DNA from: Pseudolabrys sp.
GTDB taxonomy: Bacteria; Pseudomonadota; Alphaproteobacteria; Rhizobiales; Xanthobacteraceae
Assembly: GCA_030651965.1 (NCBI GenBank)
Contig: JAUSBQ010000370.1
Span: 1-50,258 of the forward strand
DNA length: 50,258 bases
Direction: 5' to 3'
The stretch's first letter is position 1; each line of letters opens with the position of its first letter. This document shows, in pieces, positions 8,700 to 17,469 of the stretch. The translations under genes were made by a program, and so were the position numbers. The notes beneath the pieces are model-generated. The model searched no databases. It was not told where the DNA came from and saw nothing but the letters and a program-made list of their open reading frames with translations.

Positions 8700-9575
8700 T
8701 CAATGGGGCTTTGGATAGAGCGACACAACGGCCGTCGCATCCAGTTCGCTTTTACCGCCGGCCACGAGCAACCGAAAAAGCGTGAGCGCCTGAGAAGCCA
8801 TCGGCATCGCCAGATGCTGGTCGCGCGCCGCCGCTTGCAGCATTTCGAGATCCTTCAAGACCTGCCGGGCGAAGCCGCGCGGCGCGAAGTCCTCGTCGAT
8901 CATCTGAGGAAAGGCGGCGGCTAACAAGTTGGAACCCGCATGCCCTGTCTTGAGAGCCTCGGGAATTTTCCGTGCGTCGACGCCGTAGGATTGCGCCAGC
9001 CGCAACGCCTCGGCGAGAACGCAGTAATTGGTCAGGACCAGCGTCTGATTGACCAGCTTGGTTGCCTGTCCGGTACCGACCGGACCCATATGCGTCATCT
9101 TGCCGAGACCGCGCATGATGTCCGTGATCGCAGCGATCGCCGCATCCGTCCCGCCAGCCATGATCGCAAGCGAACCGGCGGCGGCCGCGCCCGGCCCGCC
9201 GGAAACCGGCGCATCGACAAACATCATGCCGCGCGCGGCGAGCGCCGCGGCAATGCCCTTGGTCGCTTCGAGCTCAGTGGTCGAATGGTCGACAAACACC
9301 TTGCCGTCCAATTTTCCGGCGGCAAGCGCGCCGCGCGGGCCGATCGCGGCATCTTCGACCGCCGCCGTGTTGATGACGCAGGCTAGGATCACATCACACG
9401 CCTCGACAACCTCGGCCGCGCTTTTTGCCGGCTTGACACCCCATGCCGCCGCCGCCGCGACCTTGGCAGGATCGATGTCGAAACCGACAACGCCATGCCC
9501 CAACTCGGCGAGCCTGCGGGTGAACCCCCGCCCCATCAAACCGAGCCCGATAAAGCCGATCGGTGTTGCCGTCAT
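8700..9575 (-). CDS. NAD(P)-dependent beta-hydroxyacid dehydrogenase (3-hydroxyisobutyrate/2-hydroxy-3-oxopropionate reductase family)
   Basis: GFIGLGLMG, DAPVSGG, KLVNQ and KDL motifs. Confidence 0.92.
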   Translation of the reverse strand: MTATPIGFIGLGLMGRGFTRRLAELGHGVVGFDIDPAKVAAAAAWGVKPAKSAAEVVEACDVILACVINTAAVEDAAIGPRGALAAGKLDGKVFVDHSTTELEATKGIAAALAARGMMFVDAPVSGGPGAAAAGSLAIMAGGTDAAIAAITDIMRGLGKMTHMGPVGTGQATKLVNQTLVLTNYCVLAEALRLAQSYGVDARKIPEALKTGHAGSNLLAAAFPQMIDEDFAPRGFARQVLKDLEMLQAAARDQHLAMPMASQALTLFRLLVAGGKSELDATAVVSLYPKPH

Positions 9576-10312
9576 CGCGATTGCTCCGTCGCCAGTGGCG
9601 CCAATGTTTTCGGATCGATGCCGAGCGAGTTCGCCAATCTGATCCAGGACTCATCCAGATGCCGCTGCAAGACCGCGTTGGCGGCCGCAGCATCGCGCCG
9701 CAGCAACGCTGCGATCAACTCCTCGTGGTCGGCGACCGCCCGCGCCCAGTTCTCCGGAATGTCGTTGCCGCGAAAGCGGCTGCGCTTCATCCTCGCATGC
9801 AGACGCGCATGCATCGCCCGCAAAATGTCGTTGCCGGCCAGACGCACGATTTCGAGATGGATATCCTGGTTCAGATGGAAATATTCCAGCTTTTCGCGGC
9901 GCCGATAGTGCGCCATCATCCGTTCGTGCATCGTCTGCAAGATCGCAAGCTCACCATCGGTCGCGTTCACGCAGGCGAGTTCGCCGGCAAACGCCTCGAG
10001 CCGGGCGATGACGGCGAGCATGGCGCGGGCTTCGCGCGGGCCCAGCCGGCTGACCACCGCTCCGCGATTCGGCAAGATTTCGACGAGACCCTCCGCCGCC
10101 AGCACCTTGAAAGCTTCACGCAACGGCGTCCGCGACACCTGTAGCTGATCGCACAGTTCGCGCTCGATAATGCGGCTGCCTTCCTGCAATTGCCCTTCCA
10201 CGATCAGGTCGCGCAGCCGCGACGTGACCGCCTCGTGCAAGGAACGCCATTCAAGCGGGCCGCCGGCGTCCACCGGCCGGGTCATCGTCAAATCTGGAGA
10301 AGCCACAGTCAT
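9572..10312 (-). CDS. GntR-family (FCD domain) transcriptional regulator
   Basis: ERELCDQLQVSRTPLREA wHTH; FCD domain with DHEELI. Confidence 0.92.
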   Translation of the reverse strand: MTVASPDLTMTRPVDAGGPLEWRSLHEAVTSRLRDLIVEGQLQEGSRIIERELCDQLQVSRTPLREAFKVLAAEGLVEILPNRGAVVSRLGPREARAMLAVIARLEAFAGELACVNATDGELAILQTMHERMMAHYRRREKLEYFHLNQDIHLEIVRLAGNDILRAMHARLHARMKRSRFRGNDIPENWARAVADHEELIAALLRRDAAAANAVLQRHLDESWIRLANSLGIDPKTLAPLATEQSR

Positions 10313-10328
10313 GTCAAGCGCCGGTCCA

Positions 10329-11609
10329 TTATCGAAGCATCTGGGGAATATACAGCACCAGGGCCGGGAACAACGTAAGGATTGCGAGCGTGATCAGCAA
10401 TGGCGGGTAAAACGGCAGCATGGCCCGGAGCAGTTGGACCATCGAGATCCCGGTCATGCTCGACAGCAGAAACAAAGACAACCCAAAAGGCGGCGTGATC
10501 GTGCCGACCATCAGATTGAACACGACGACGATGCCAAGGTGAATGGGGTCGACGCCGACGGCGACGACAGCGGGCGCGACAATCGGAACAAGCAGAAGAG
10601 TGGCGGTCGTCGAGTCGACGAACATACCGGCGATGAAGAAAATCGCGTTCACGATCACGAGCAAGACCAGCGGGTTGGTCGAGATATCGCGGAACCAGCC
10701 GGCGAATTCCTGCGGCACCTGCTCCACCGCCAGAATCCAGCCGAACATCGCGGCAGCCGCGACAATGACCAGGATCGCGGCGGTGCCGCGCACGGTGGCG
10801 ATCGCGGCATCGCGGATAAATCCCCAGTTCATGTCGCGGTAGTAAAACGCGCCGACGAAAATTACATAGAGGACACAAATCGCCGATGCCTCGGTCGGCG
10901 TGAAGCTGCCCGATAGCATGCCGCCGACCAGCACAACAGGCGCGAACAACGCCGGCGCGGCCGGCCAGAACGCATTCCACAGACCGCGCGCGGTTGGCCA
11001 ACTGGCGGCACGCGGCAATTCGGATTTAACGGCGACAATGGCGGTCGCGATCATCAGCATCGCCACGCAAATCAGCGCCGGGATGATGCCGGCAACGAGC
11101 AATTGCAGCGCCGAAATCGACGTGATCGACGCATATATGATAAGCGGAATCGACGGCGGGAAGATCGGCCCGACAATGGCCGATGCGCCGGTCACCGCCG
11201 CGGCGAACGGCACCGTGAAACCACGATCCTTCATCGCCTTGATTTCGATACGGCCGAGACCGCCGACGTCGGCCAATGCCGCGCCCGAGACTCCGGAAAA
11301 GATCAGACTGGCGACGATGTTGACCTGTGCAAGCCCGCCATATAGCCGCCCGACCAGCACGTCGGCGAAGTGGAACAGCTTCTGGGTAATGCCGGCCGAG
11401 TTCATCAGGTTGCCGACGAAAATGAAGACCGGCACCGCGACCAACGGAAACGAATCCATCGAATAGAGCACGCGTTGCGCGATGGTCGCGAGTGGAATCC
11501 CCTCCCAGGCGATATAAGCAATCGACGGAATTAAAATCGCGAAGACCACCGGAAAGCCGAGAACGAACAAGCCAAAAAAGGCGACAACGACGGTGATACC
11601 AAGGTCCAT
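10329..11609 (-). CDS. dctM: TRAP transporter large permease
   Basis: SGVSGAALAD, IFPPSIPLIIY and ITPPFG motifs; highly hydrophobic. Confidence 0.94.
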   Translation of the reverse strand: MDLGITVVVAFFGLFVLGFPVVFAILIPSIAYIAWEGIPLATIAQRVLYSMDSFPLVAVPVFIFVGNLMNSAGITQKLFHFADVLVGRLYGGLAQVNIVASLIFSGVSGAALADVGGLGRIEIKAMKDRGFTVPFAAAVTGASAIVGPIFPPSIPLIIYASITSISALQLLVAGIIPALICVAMLMIATAIVAVKSELPRAASWPTARGLWNAFWPAAPALFAPVVLVGGMLSGSFTPTEASAICVLYVIFVGAFYYRDMNWGFIRDAAIATVRGTAAILVIVAAAAMFGWILAVEQVPQEFAGWFRDISTNPLVLLVIVNAIFFIAGMFVDSTTATLLLVPIVAPAVVAVGVDPIHLGIVVVFNLMVGTITPPFGLSLFLLSSMTGISMVQLLRAMLPFYPPLLITLAILTLFPALVLYIPQMLR

Positions 11610-11630
11610 GGGTGCCTCAAATTCTCGGCG

Positions 11631-12119
11631 TCAAATGACCGGGCTTCCGCCGCCGACCGGCGGGTCGGCACGGCGCAGGCCGATCCAGAGGCAGCCGACG
11701 GCGGCGACGGCAAAGCCAAGCAGCATGGGCGCGGCAAAGACCCAGAACGGAATATCGAGCATCGGCGTGCGCGTGCCGAAATTGCGTAGAATCGACAGCG
11801 CACCCGACCAGACGATGACCAGCAGCGCACCGCCGCTTGCAATCAGGATGACGCGCTCCAGCCCCAGGCGCAGCCGCTTCGGCAGCAAATCGACAAACTC
11901 CGCCAGCCGGATATGTTCGTTGGTCGAGATCAAGAGCGGCGTACCGAGAAATACCAGAATGATCAAACCCCAGCGCGTCGATTCCTCGAGCCCCATCAGC
12001 GGGGCATTGAAAACGCCGCGCAAAACCACCTGGATCGACGGCAGCAAAACCAGCGCGAACAGCGCCAGCATTGCGATGACGCCAAGTATGCGCTCCGCCC
12101 AGAACCAGATTCGTGCCAT
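11631..12119 (-). CDS. dctQ: TRAP transporter small permease
   Basis: About four TM segments, EE...W and EHIR motifs; lies between dctP and dctM. Confidence 0.88.
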   Translation of the reverse strand: MARIWFWAERILGVIAMLALFALVLLPSIQVVLRGVFNAPLMGLEESTRWGLIILVFLGTPLLISTNEHIRLAEFVDLLPKRLRLGLERVILIASGGALLVIVWSGALSILRNFGTRTPMLDIPFWVFAAPMLLGFAVAAVGCLWIGLRRADPPVGGGSPVI

Positions 12120-12146
12120 GTCGTCCCCTCTTCGCCGCCAGAAGAA

Positions 12147-12177
12147 CGGGCGCCCGCTTCTGCAAAGCGGGCGCCCG
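12147..12177 (-). terminator. 13-bp stem-loop between dctP and dctQ (attenuator or mRNA stabiliser)
   Basis: CGGGCGCCCGCTT / AAGCGGGCGCCCG perfect inverted repeat with a 5-nt loop, followed by TTCTTCT on the minus strand. Confidence 0.65.
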
Positions 12178-12197
12178 CGGCTTTAAGCCCGAAGGCG

Positions 12198-13208
12198 TCA
12201 GCTCTTAACTTCCTTCAGCCTGGCGATATAGGGAGCCCAGGTCGGGTAGTCGGTGACGATCTGTTTGCCGACCGAATCCCGGAAAGCCTTTAGATCGAGC
12301 CCGCTCTTCTCGTCGATAATGGTCACGCCGTTCTTCTTCAACGTAGCAATTTCATCGGCTTCGGCATCCTTGGCCCATTTCATCGAGCGCTGGCCCATCT
12401 CGGCCAAACATTCCTGCATGATCTTGCGGTCGGCGGCCGGAATGCTCTCCCAGCTCTTTTCGTTGATGAAAGTGGCCAGCACGGATTCCATGTGGCTCGT
12501 CATCATCACGAACTTGTTGGCCTCCCACATCTTGCGGGCGATGATGTTGTTCAGAGGATTTTCCTGGCCGTCGACAAGACCGGTCATCAGCGCTGGCATG
12601 ATTTCCGAAATCTCGACCGGAGTCGGAATCGCGCCCATGCCCTTGATCATCGAATTCCAGAGCGGCACCGGCACCGAGCGGAATTTCTTGCCCTGCATGT
12701 CTTTGGGTGAATACACCGCGTAGCGGGCCGAGAGCTGTCGCGCGCCGCGATAGAAATTGCCGATGATCCGCACATTGCCCTTGGCGACCAGCTTCTTGTT
12801 GATCTCCTGCAGCACCGGCGAGGTTTCCTCGTTGGTGGCGCGCATCGCCTGTTCTGGGCTGGTGAAAAGGAAAGGCGCATTGAACACGGCCACGTCCGGA
12901 TCGATGCGGTCGAGCGACGAGAAGTCGTGATGGGCCATTTGAATGGAGCCGATGCGCACACCGTCGATCATCTCGCTCAGATTGCCGAGTTGCGAGCCCG
13001 GGAATACGCGAATTTCGACGCGGCCTTGCGTTTTTTCACCGATGAGCTTCGCGAGTTCTGCGGCGTAGCGGGTCTGGGTTTCCCCTTCGGCGCCCACATG
13101 GGCATAGCGCAGGGTGATCTTTTGCTGGGCTGAAGCCGAGCCAACCGAAATTATGGCCGCAGCCAAGGCAAAGCCGAGCAGCGCGCTGAGGCGCGGTAGC
13201 GTCTTCAT
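12198..13208 (-). CDS. dctP: TRAP transporter substrate-binding protein
   Basis: Signal peptide, FPGSQLG, GKKFRS (conserved carboxylate-binding Arg region) and VDGQENP. Confidence 0.94.
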   Translation of the reverse strand: MKTLPRLSALLGFALAAAIISVGSASAQQKITLRYAHVGAEGETQTRYAAELAKLIGEKTQGRVEIRVFPGSQLGNLSEMIDGVRIGSIQMAHHDFSSLDRIDPDVAVFNAPFLFTSPEQAMRATNEETSPVLQEINKKLVAKGNVRIIGNFYRGARQLSARYAVYSPKDMQGKKFRSVPVPLWNSMIKGMGAIPTPVEISEIMPALMTGLVDGQENPLNNIIARKMWEANKFVMMTSHMESVLATFINEKSWESIPAADRKIMQECLAEMGQRSMKWAKDAEADEIATLKKNGVTIIDEKSGLDLKAFRDSVGKQIVTDYPTWAPYIARLKEVKS

Positions 13209-13269
13209 GGCATCCTCCCTAAAGCATGTTGAGGGTTAGCCCCTCTGCCAAAATTGTCTTCCTTTTTAA

Positions 13270-13290
13270 GATTGAATGCAATATGCAATC
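13270..13290. promoter_or_regulatory. Imperfect palindrome, candidate GntR operator in the divergent dctP/pdxA-like promoter
   Basis: GATTGAAT-GCAAT-ATGCAATC (7/8 matching arms) in AT-rich intergenic DNA. Confidence 0.5.
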
Positions 13291-13328
13291 GGCACGGTGC
13301 CCCGGTTCTCGCCCGTGGAGGGAAAATC

Positions 13329-14348
13329 ATGTCGACCATGGTCCCAAGAATATGCATCGCAATGGGCGATCCGGCGGGCGTAAGTCCCGAATTGCTGGTC
13401 AAACTGTTGGCCCGCGAGGATCTGATGGGCCTCGCCTCGATTGCCGTCATTGGCGACCGTCGCGTATTGGCCGCTGGGGAAAAGGTCGCCGGCAAGCGGA
13501 TCGACATCCCTTTGGTTTCCCTGGCGGAAGCCGATCGGGCTGTTCCGGGCCGCCCTGTGTTCATCGATCTGGGCCATCTCGATCCCGCGACCATTGAACC
13601 GGGGCAATCGAGCGCCGCCGGCGGCACCTTCGCCATGCGCAATTTTCGCGAAGCGTTACTGCTCGGCAAAGCCGGCCGCATTGACGGCATCATGTTCACG
13701 CCGTTCAACAAGCTCGCCCTGAAACTGGCCGGCAACCCGTACCCCGACGAAATCCGATGGGCTGCCGACATTCTCGACTGGAAGGGCTCCTGCAGCGAAT
13801 ACAATCGTCTCGACGATCTGTGGAACGCGCGCGTAACCTCGCACGAGCCGATGCGTGAGGTCGCCGATCTTCTCACGCGCGAACGCGTTGGCGCGGCGAT
13901 CGACGCAACGGATGACATGCTACGTGGTACCGGCATTGCGCGGCCGCGGATCGCGGTCGCCGGCTACAATCCGCACGCCGGGGAAGGCGGCGTCTTCGGC
14001 CGCGAAGAAATCGACGTCATCGCGCCGGCGGTCGAAGAGGCAAAGCGCCGCAATCTTGCCGTCGACGGCCCCTTCCCTGCCGATACGGTGTGGATCAAGG
14101 CGCGCCGTGGCGACTACGACGCTGTGTTGACGATGTATCACGACCAAGGCCAGATTGCGCTCAAGCTCCTCGGCTTCGAACGTGGTGTCACCATTCTTGG
14201 CGGTCTGCCGGTTCCTATTGCAACGCCGGCGCATGGCACGGCCTATGATATTGTCGGACGCGGCATTGCCGATCCGTCCGCCACCATCAAGGCGTTCGAA
14301 ACGCTGCTGATGTTGACCACCATGAAGAAGGCGCGCGCCGCGGCTTAG
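13329..14348 (+). CDS. pdxA: PdxA-family oxidative decarboxylase/dehydrogenase, atypical (probably not the B6-biosynthetic enzyme)
   Basis: MGDPAGVSPE, NPHAGEGG, GPFPADT, MYHDQG and HGTAYDI motifs; ATG at 13329 after a GGAGG RBS. Confidence 0.85.
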   Translation: MSTMVPRICIAMGDPAGVSPELLVKLLAREDLMGLASIAVIGDRRVLAAGEKVAGKRIDIPLVSLAEADRAVPGRPVFIDLGHLDPATIEPGQSSAAGGTFAMRNFREALLLGKAGRIDGIMFTPFNKLALKLAGNPYPDEIRWAADILDWKGSCSEYNRLDDLWNARVTSHEPMREVADLLTRERVGAAIDATDDMLRGTGIARPRIAVAGYNPHAGEGGVFGREEIDVIAPAVEEAKRRNLAVDGPFPADTVWIKARRGDYDAVLTMYHDQGQIALKLLGFERGVTILGGLPVPIATPAHGTAYDIVGRGIADPSATIKAFETLLMLTTMKKARAAA

Positions 14349-14389
14349 CGAAGGCGGACGGCAGGCCGATCGACGAAAGGAACCTGCCA

Positions 14390-15316
14390 GTGCCGCAAGC
14401 GGACGCAAAAGTCGATGTCGCGCAATTCCCGATCGTCGATGCGCATCAACACTTCTGGGACCTGAAGCACAATTATCTCCCGTGGCTGTGCGAGGAGCCA
14501 CCGATACCATTTCGATATGGCGACTACGCCGCGATCCGGAAAGACTATCTGCCTGACGATTATCGGCACGACAGCGCCAAATACCGCATCGTTAAGACGG
14601 TTTATATGGAAGCGGAATGGGATCGCCGCGATCCGGCGGCGGAAACGCGCTGGGTCGAAAAGCTCAACGCGGCAACGGGCCTGCCAACCGCCTGTATCGG
14701 TCATGCCGAACCGGATCGTGCCGATATTGCCGACGTCCTGACGGCGCACGCTCAAAGCGCGCTGATCCGCGGGATCCGTCACAAGCCAAAGGCAGCCCTC
14801 AAGCCGCAGGATGCGACGCGAGGCGCCACCGGTTCGATGGACGATCCGCGATGGCGCGCAGGATATGCTTTGCTGGAACGCTTCGGCTTTTCCTACGATC
14901 TGCAGACGCCGTGGTGGCATCTCGACGCGGCGGCCGCACTCGCCGCTGACTTTCCGCATACTCAGATCATCATCAATCACACGGGATTGCCGTCGGACCG
15001 CACGGATGAAGGCATGCATGCCTGGCGGCAAGCACTTGAGAGCGTGTCCCAGCAACCCAATGTCGCCCTCAAGATATCCGGGATCGGGCGCCCCAACCTG
15101 CCCTGGACCGTTGCAGCCAACGGCCCGATCATCCGCGATGCGATCTCGATATTCGGGGTTGATCGCTGCATGTTTGCCAGCAATTTTCCGGTCGACAGTC
15201 TGGTTGGAAGCTTTGATACGATCTACGGCGGCTTCTTTGAATCCGTTGCCGGCCGTTCGCTGCCCGATCAGCGCAAACTCTTTTGCGACAATGCAATGCG
15301 GATTTACCGGCTTTAG
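14390..15316 (+). CDS. Amidohydrolase_2 (COG3618 lactonase-like) protein
   Basis: DAHQHFWD, SYDLQ, INHTG and FASNFP motifs; GTG start. Confidence 0.88.
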   Translation: MPQADAKVDVAQFPIVDAHQHFWDLKHNYLPWLCEEPPIPFRYGDYAAIRKDYLPDDYRHDSAKYRIVKTVYMEAEWDRRDPAAETRWVEKLNAATGLPTACIGHAEPDRADIADVLTAHAQSALIRGIRHKPKAALKPQDATRGATGSMDDPRWRAGYALLERFGFSYDLQTPWWHLDAAAALAADFPHTQIIINHTGLPSDRTDEGMHAWRQALESVSQQPNVALKISGIGRPNLPWTVAANGPIIRDAISIFGVDRCMFASNFPVDSLVGSFDTIYGGFFESVAGRSLPDQRKLFCDNAMRIYRL

Positions 15317-15335
15317 GCCCGACGTGTCACGCAAC

Positions 15336-16142
15336 TCAGTTTGCGTTATTGGGCATCACATCGAGGCGCACAGCGATGCCCTCAAGCTCTCGGCTCGGCG
15401 CGGGATAGCGCTTCATCACCAGAGGATCGTGACCGGGAACGATATGCGCGGGCGTCGGCGCAGCCGCGATCAAAGCCTCGAATCCATCCAGCATCTCGCC
15501 GACATGAAACGACGTCACGAAGGGTCTCCGGCTCTCGAGATTTTCGTAGAAATGCGTCACGTCGGAAGCCACCACGACCCAGCCGCGCCTGGTATGGACG
15601 CGGACGAACTGCAGACCGGCGGAATGGCCGCCGACGGCATGCAGCGAAATTCCCGGCGCAAGATCGACATCGCCGAAATGGAACTGGACGCGCTGCGCGA
15701 AATTCAGCCGCACGATGCCGCAGATATCGTCGACTTCGAAAGAATGCGCCAGCCGCGGATAACTCATGTAGTGGCCGGTGGCGTAGTGGATCTCGGACTC
15801 CTGCAAATGAAACCGGGCCTGCGGAAAACGATGAAAGTTTCCGACATGGTCGTAATGCAGATGCGTCAGAATGACATCATTCACCTCCTCAGCGTCGACG
15901 TTCAATAGCTTCAGCGCATCGATCGGGCACCGGAGAAACGTCCGCTTGCGCTGCGCCGCAACGTCCGCCGTGAAGCCGCAGTCGATGACGAATGTCCGCT
16001 CGTCGGAAACGGCAACCCAGAGGAAGTAGTCCATCGGCATCGGGCCGTCATGGGGATCGCCACCGATGAAATGATCGCGCCGCCGCGCCTCCCGCATCGC
16101 GTAGCGGACCGCGTACAATTCAAATTCGGGCAACATGGACAT
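15336..16142 (-). CDS. MBL-fold hydrolase (N-acyl homoserine lactonase family)
   Basis: THLHYDHVG, GGHSAG, ASD and PGHD; start at 16142 (or 16136) after an AAGGA RBS. Confidence 0.88.
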   Translation of the reverse strand: MSMLPEFELYAVRYAMREARRRDHFIGGDPHDGPMPMDYFLWVAVSDERTFVIDCGFTADVAAQRKRTFLRCPIDALKLLNVDAEEVNDVILTHLHYDHVGNFHRFPQARFHLQESEIHYATGHYMSYPRLAHSFEVDDICGIVRLNFAQRVQFHFGDVDLAPGISLHAVGGHSAGLQFVRVHTRRGWVVVASDVTHFYENLESRRPFVTSFHVGEMLDGFEALIAAAPTPAHIVPGHDPLVMKRYPAPSRELEGIAVRLDVMPNNAN

Positions 16143-16287
16143 GACGCGACGCTTCCTTATGCCGTGAGGCGCTTCCCTGGGACGTGGTCTAACCGCAACG
16201 GGCCGGTTTGTAGAAGCCTTCGATAGCAACAAAATTGGCAAATCTGTTATAGATAAACTGCATATCGCTTGGCCGGCTGCTTCGCGT

Positions 16288-16309
16288 TACAATAATATAA
16301 TAATACAAT
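16288..16309 (+). promoter_or_regulatory. Three 8-bp-period direct repeats (TACAAT-TATAAT-TACAAT); candidate operator overlapping a -10 element
   Basis: TACAAT AA TATAAT AA TACAAT in an AT-rich divergent intergenic region. Confidence 0.55.
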
Positions 16310-16342
16310 AGTGGCGCCGGCCTCGAGCCGGGCACACGCGTG

Positions 16343-16425
16343 GGAGGTTATTTGGATAGCCGGGCAAACGCTTGGATTCATTGGTATTGGCCGCCTGGGC
16401 GGGTCCCATGGCGGGACGCCTTCGT
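16343..16425 (+). pseudogene. Remnant of a beta-hydroxyacid dehydrogenase gene (N-terminal Rossmann motif only)
   Basis: GGAGG RBS, ATA in the start-codon position at 16356, AGQTLGFIGIGRLG, then a +1 frameshift near 16401 into GPMAGRL; recognisable homology ends there. Confidence 0.75.
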
Positions 16426-16564
16426 ACTCGGCTGCCGACGTCGCCTCCAGCGCTGCGACGGTTTTCCTCAGGCCGCCGACCCCAGGAGTACGATCCGGAA
16501 TTCAGGCCATTTCTGATCGGCGCACTCGATCATGTGACGGCGGACAACCAGCAGGAGCGGCCCG

Positions 16565-17383
16565 ATGACCGACGACGTCTATGAGGTCTACGCGATAAAA
16601 TACGGCCGCCACGAGCGAAACTCGTCCGCCAATTTCATCGGCGGCGATTCGCATGACGTGCCGATGCCGCTGGACTATTTCGTCTGGGCAATTGTCGGCG
16701 CCAACCGCACCTTTATCCTCGACACTGGGTTCGACCAGAAGGCCGCGCAGAAGCGCGACCGCATGATCGACAAACCGGTCGGCGACGGACTACGCGCACT
16801 TGGCATCGATCCGGCATCGGTCAAGGACGTCATCATTTCGCACCTCCATTTCGATCATGCCGGAAACGACGGCCTTTTTCCGAACGCCCGTTTTCATCTT
16901 CAGGATTGCGAGATGGATTACGCGACCGGCCGCTGCATGTGCCACGGCATGATGCGCTTTCCGTTCGAGGCTACCGACGTCACCGCCATGGTGCAGCGCG
17001 TTTTTGAGGACCGTGTGGTGTTCCACGACGGCGCCGAGGAACTGGCGCCCGGCCTGTCGGTTCACCTCATCGGCGGTCATTCGAAAGGCCTGCAAGCCGT
17101 GCGCGTAAAGACTCGCCGCGGCTGGATGGTCCTCGCGTCCGACGTCGCCCACTTCTATGCGCATCTACAGCAACGCCGCGTCTTTCCGATCACCTATCAC
17201 GTGGGCGACGTCCTCGCCGGCTACGACAAGGTCGAAGCTCTGGCATCATCGAAGCACCACGTGGTGCCGGGACACGATCCCCTTGTGCTTGAGCTTTATC
17301 CGCCGGCACGGCCCAACATGGAGGGCTGGGCGGCGCGACTCGACGCCGATCCCAAACCTCTGCCGACGGCAACTGCGACATAA
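16565..17383 (+). CDS. MBL-fold hydrolase (N-acyl homoserine lactonase family), paralog of 15336-16142
   Basis: LDTG, SHLHFDHAG, GGHSKG, ASD and PGHD; AGGAG RBS. Confidence 0.9.
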   Translation: MTDDVYEVYAIKYGRHERNSSANFIGGDSHDVPMPLDYFVWAIVGANRTFILDTGFDQKAAQKRDRMIDKPVGDGLRALGIDPASVKDVIISHLHFDHAGNDGLFPNARFHLQDCEMDYATGRCMCHGMMRFPFEATDVTAMVQRVFEDRVVFHDGAEELAPGLSVHLIGGHSKGLQAVRVKTRRGWMVLASDVAHFYAHLQQRRVFPITYHVGDVLAGYDKVEALASSKHHVVPGHDPLVLELYPPARPNMEGWAARLDADPKPLPTATAT

Positions 17384-17469
17384 CAGTTATGGCCGAAGTC
17401 AGTGATGGCGCTGGCACTGCATAACGCTTATCAATGGACAACACTGAAACTTAAAAACCAGGAGGAAAC

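Noticed and set aside
16311-16584. Two short ORFs (85 and 70 aa) as real small proteins
   Set aside because: Better explained as two frames of one frameshifted dehydrogenase remnant
6162-17383. Metallo-beta-lactamase antibiotic resistance genes
   Set aside because: No signal peptides; AHL-lactonase-type motif spacing and catabolic context
17412-17427. Sigma-54 promoter (TGGCAC...GC) upstream of the SBP gene
   Set aside because: GG-to-GC spacing is 11 rather than 10 nt and the TTGC element is absent
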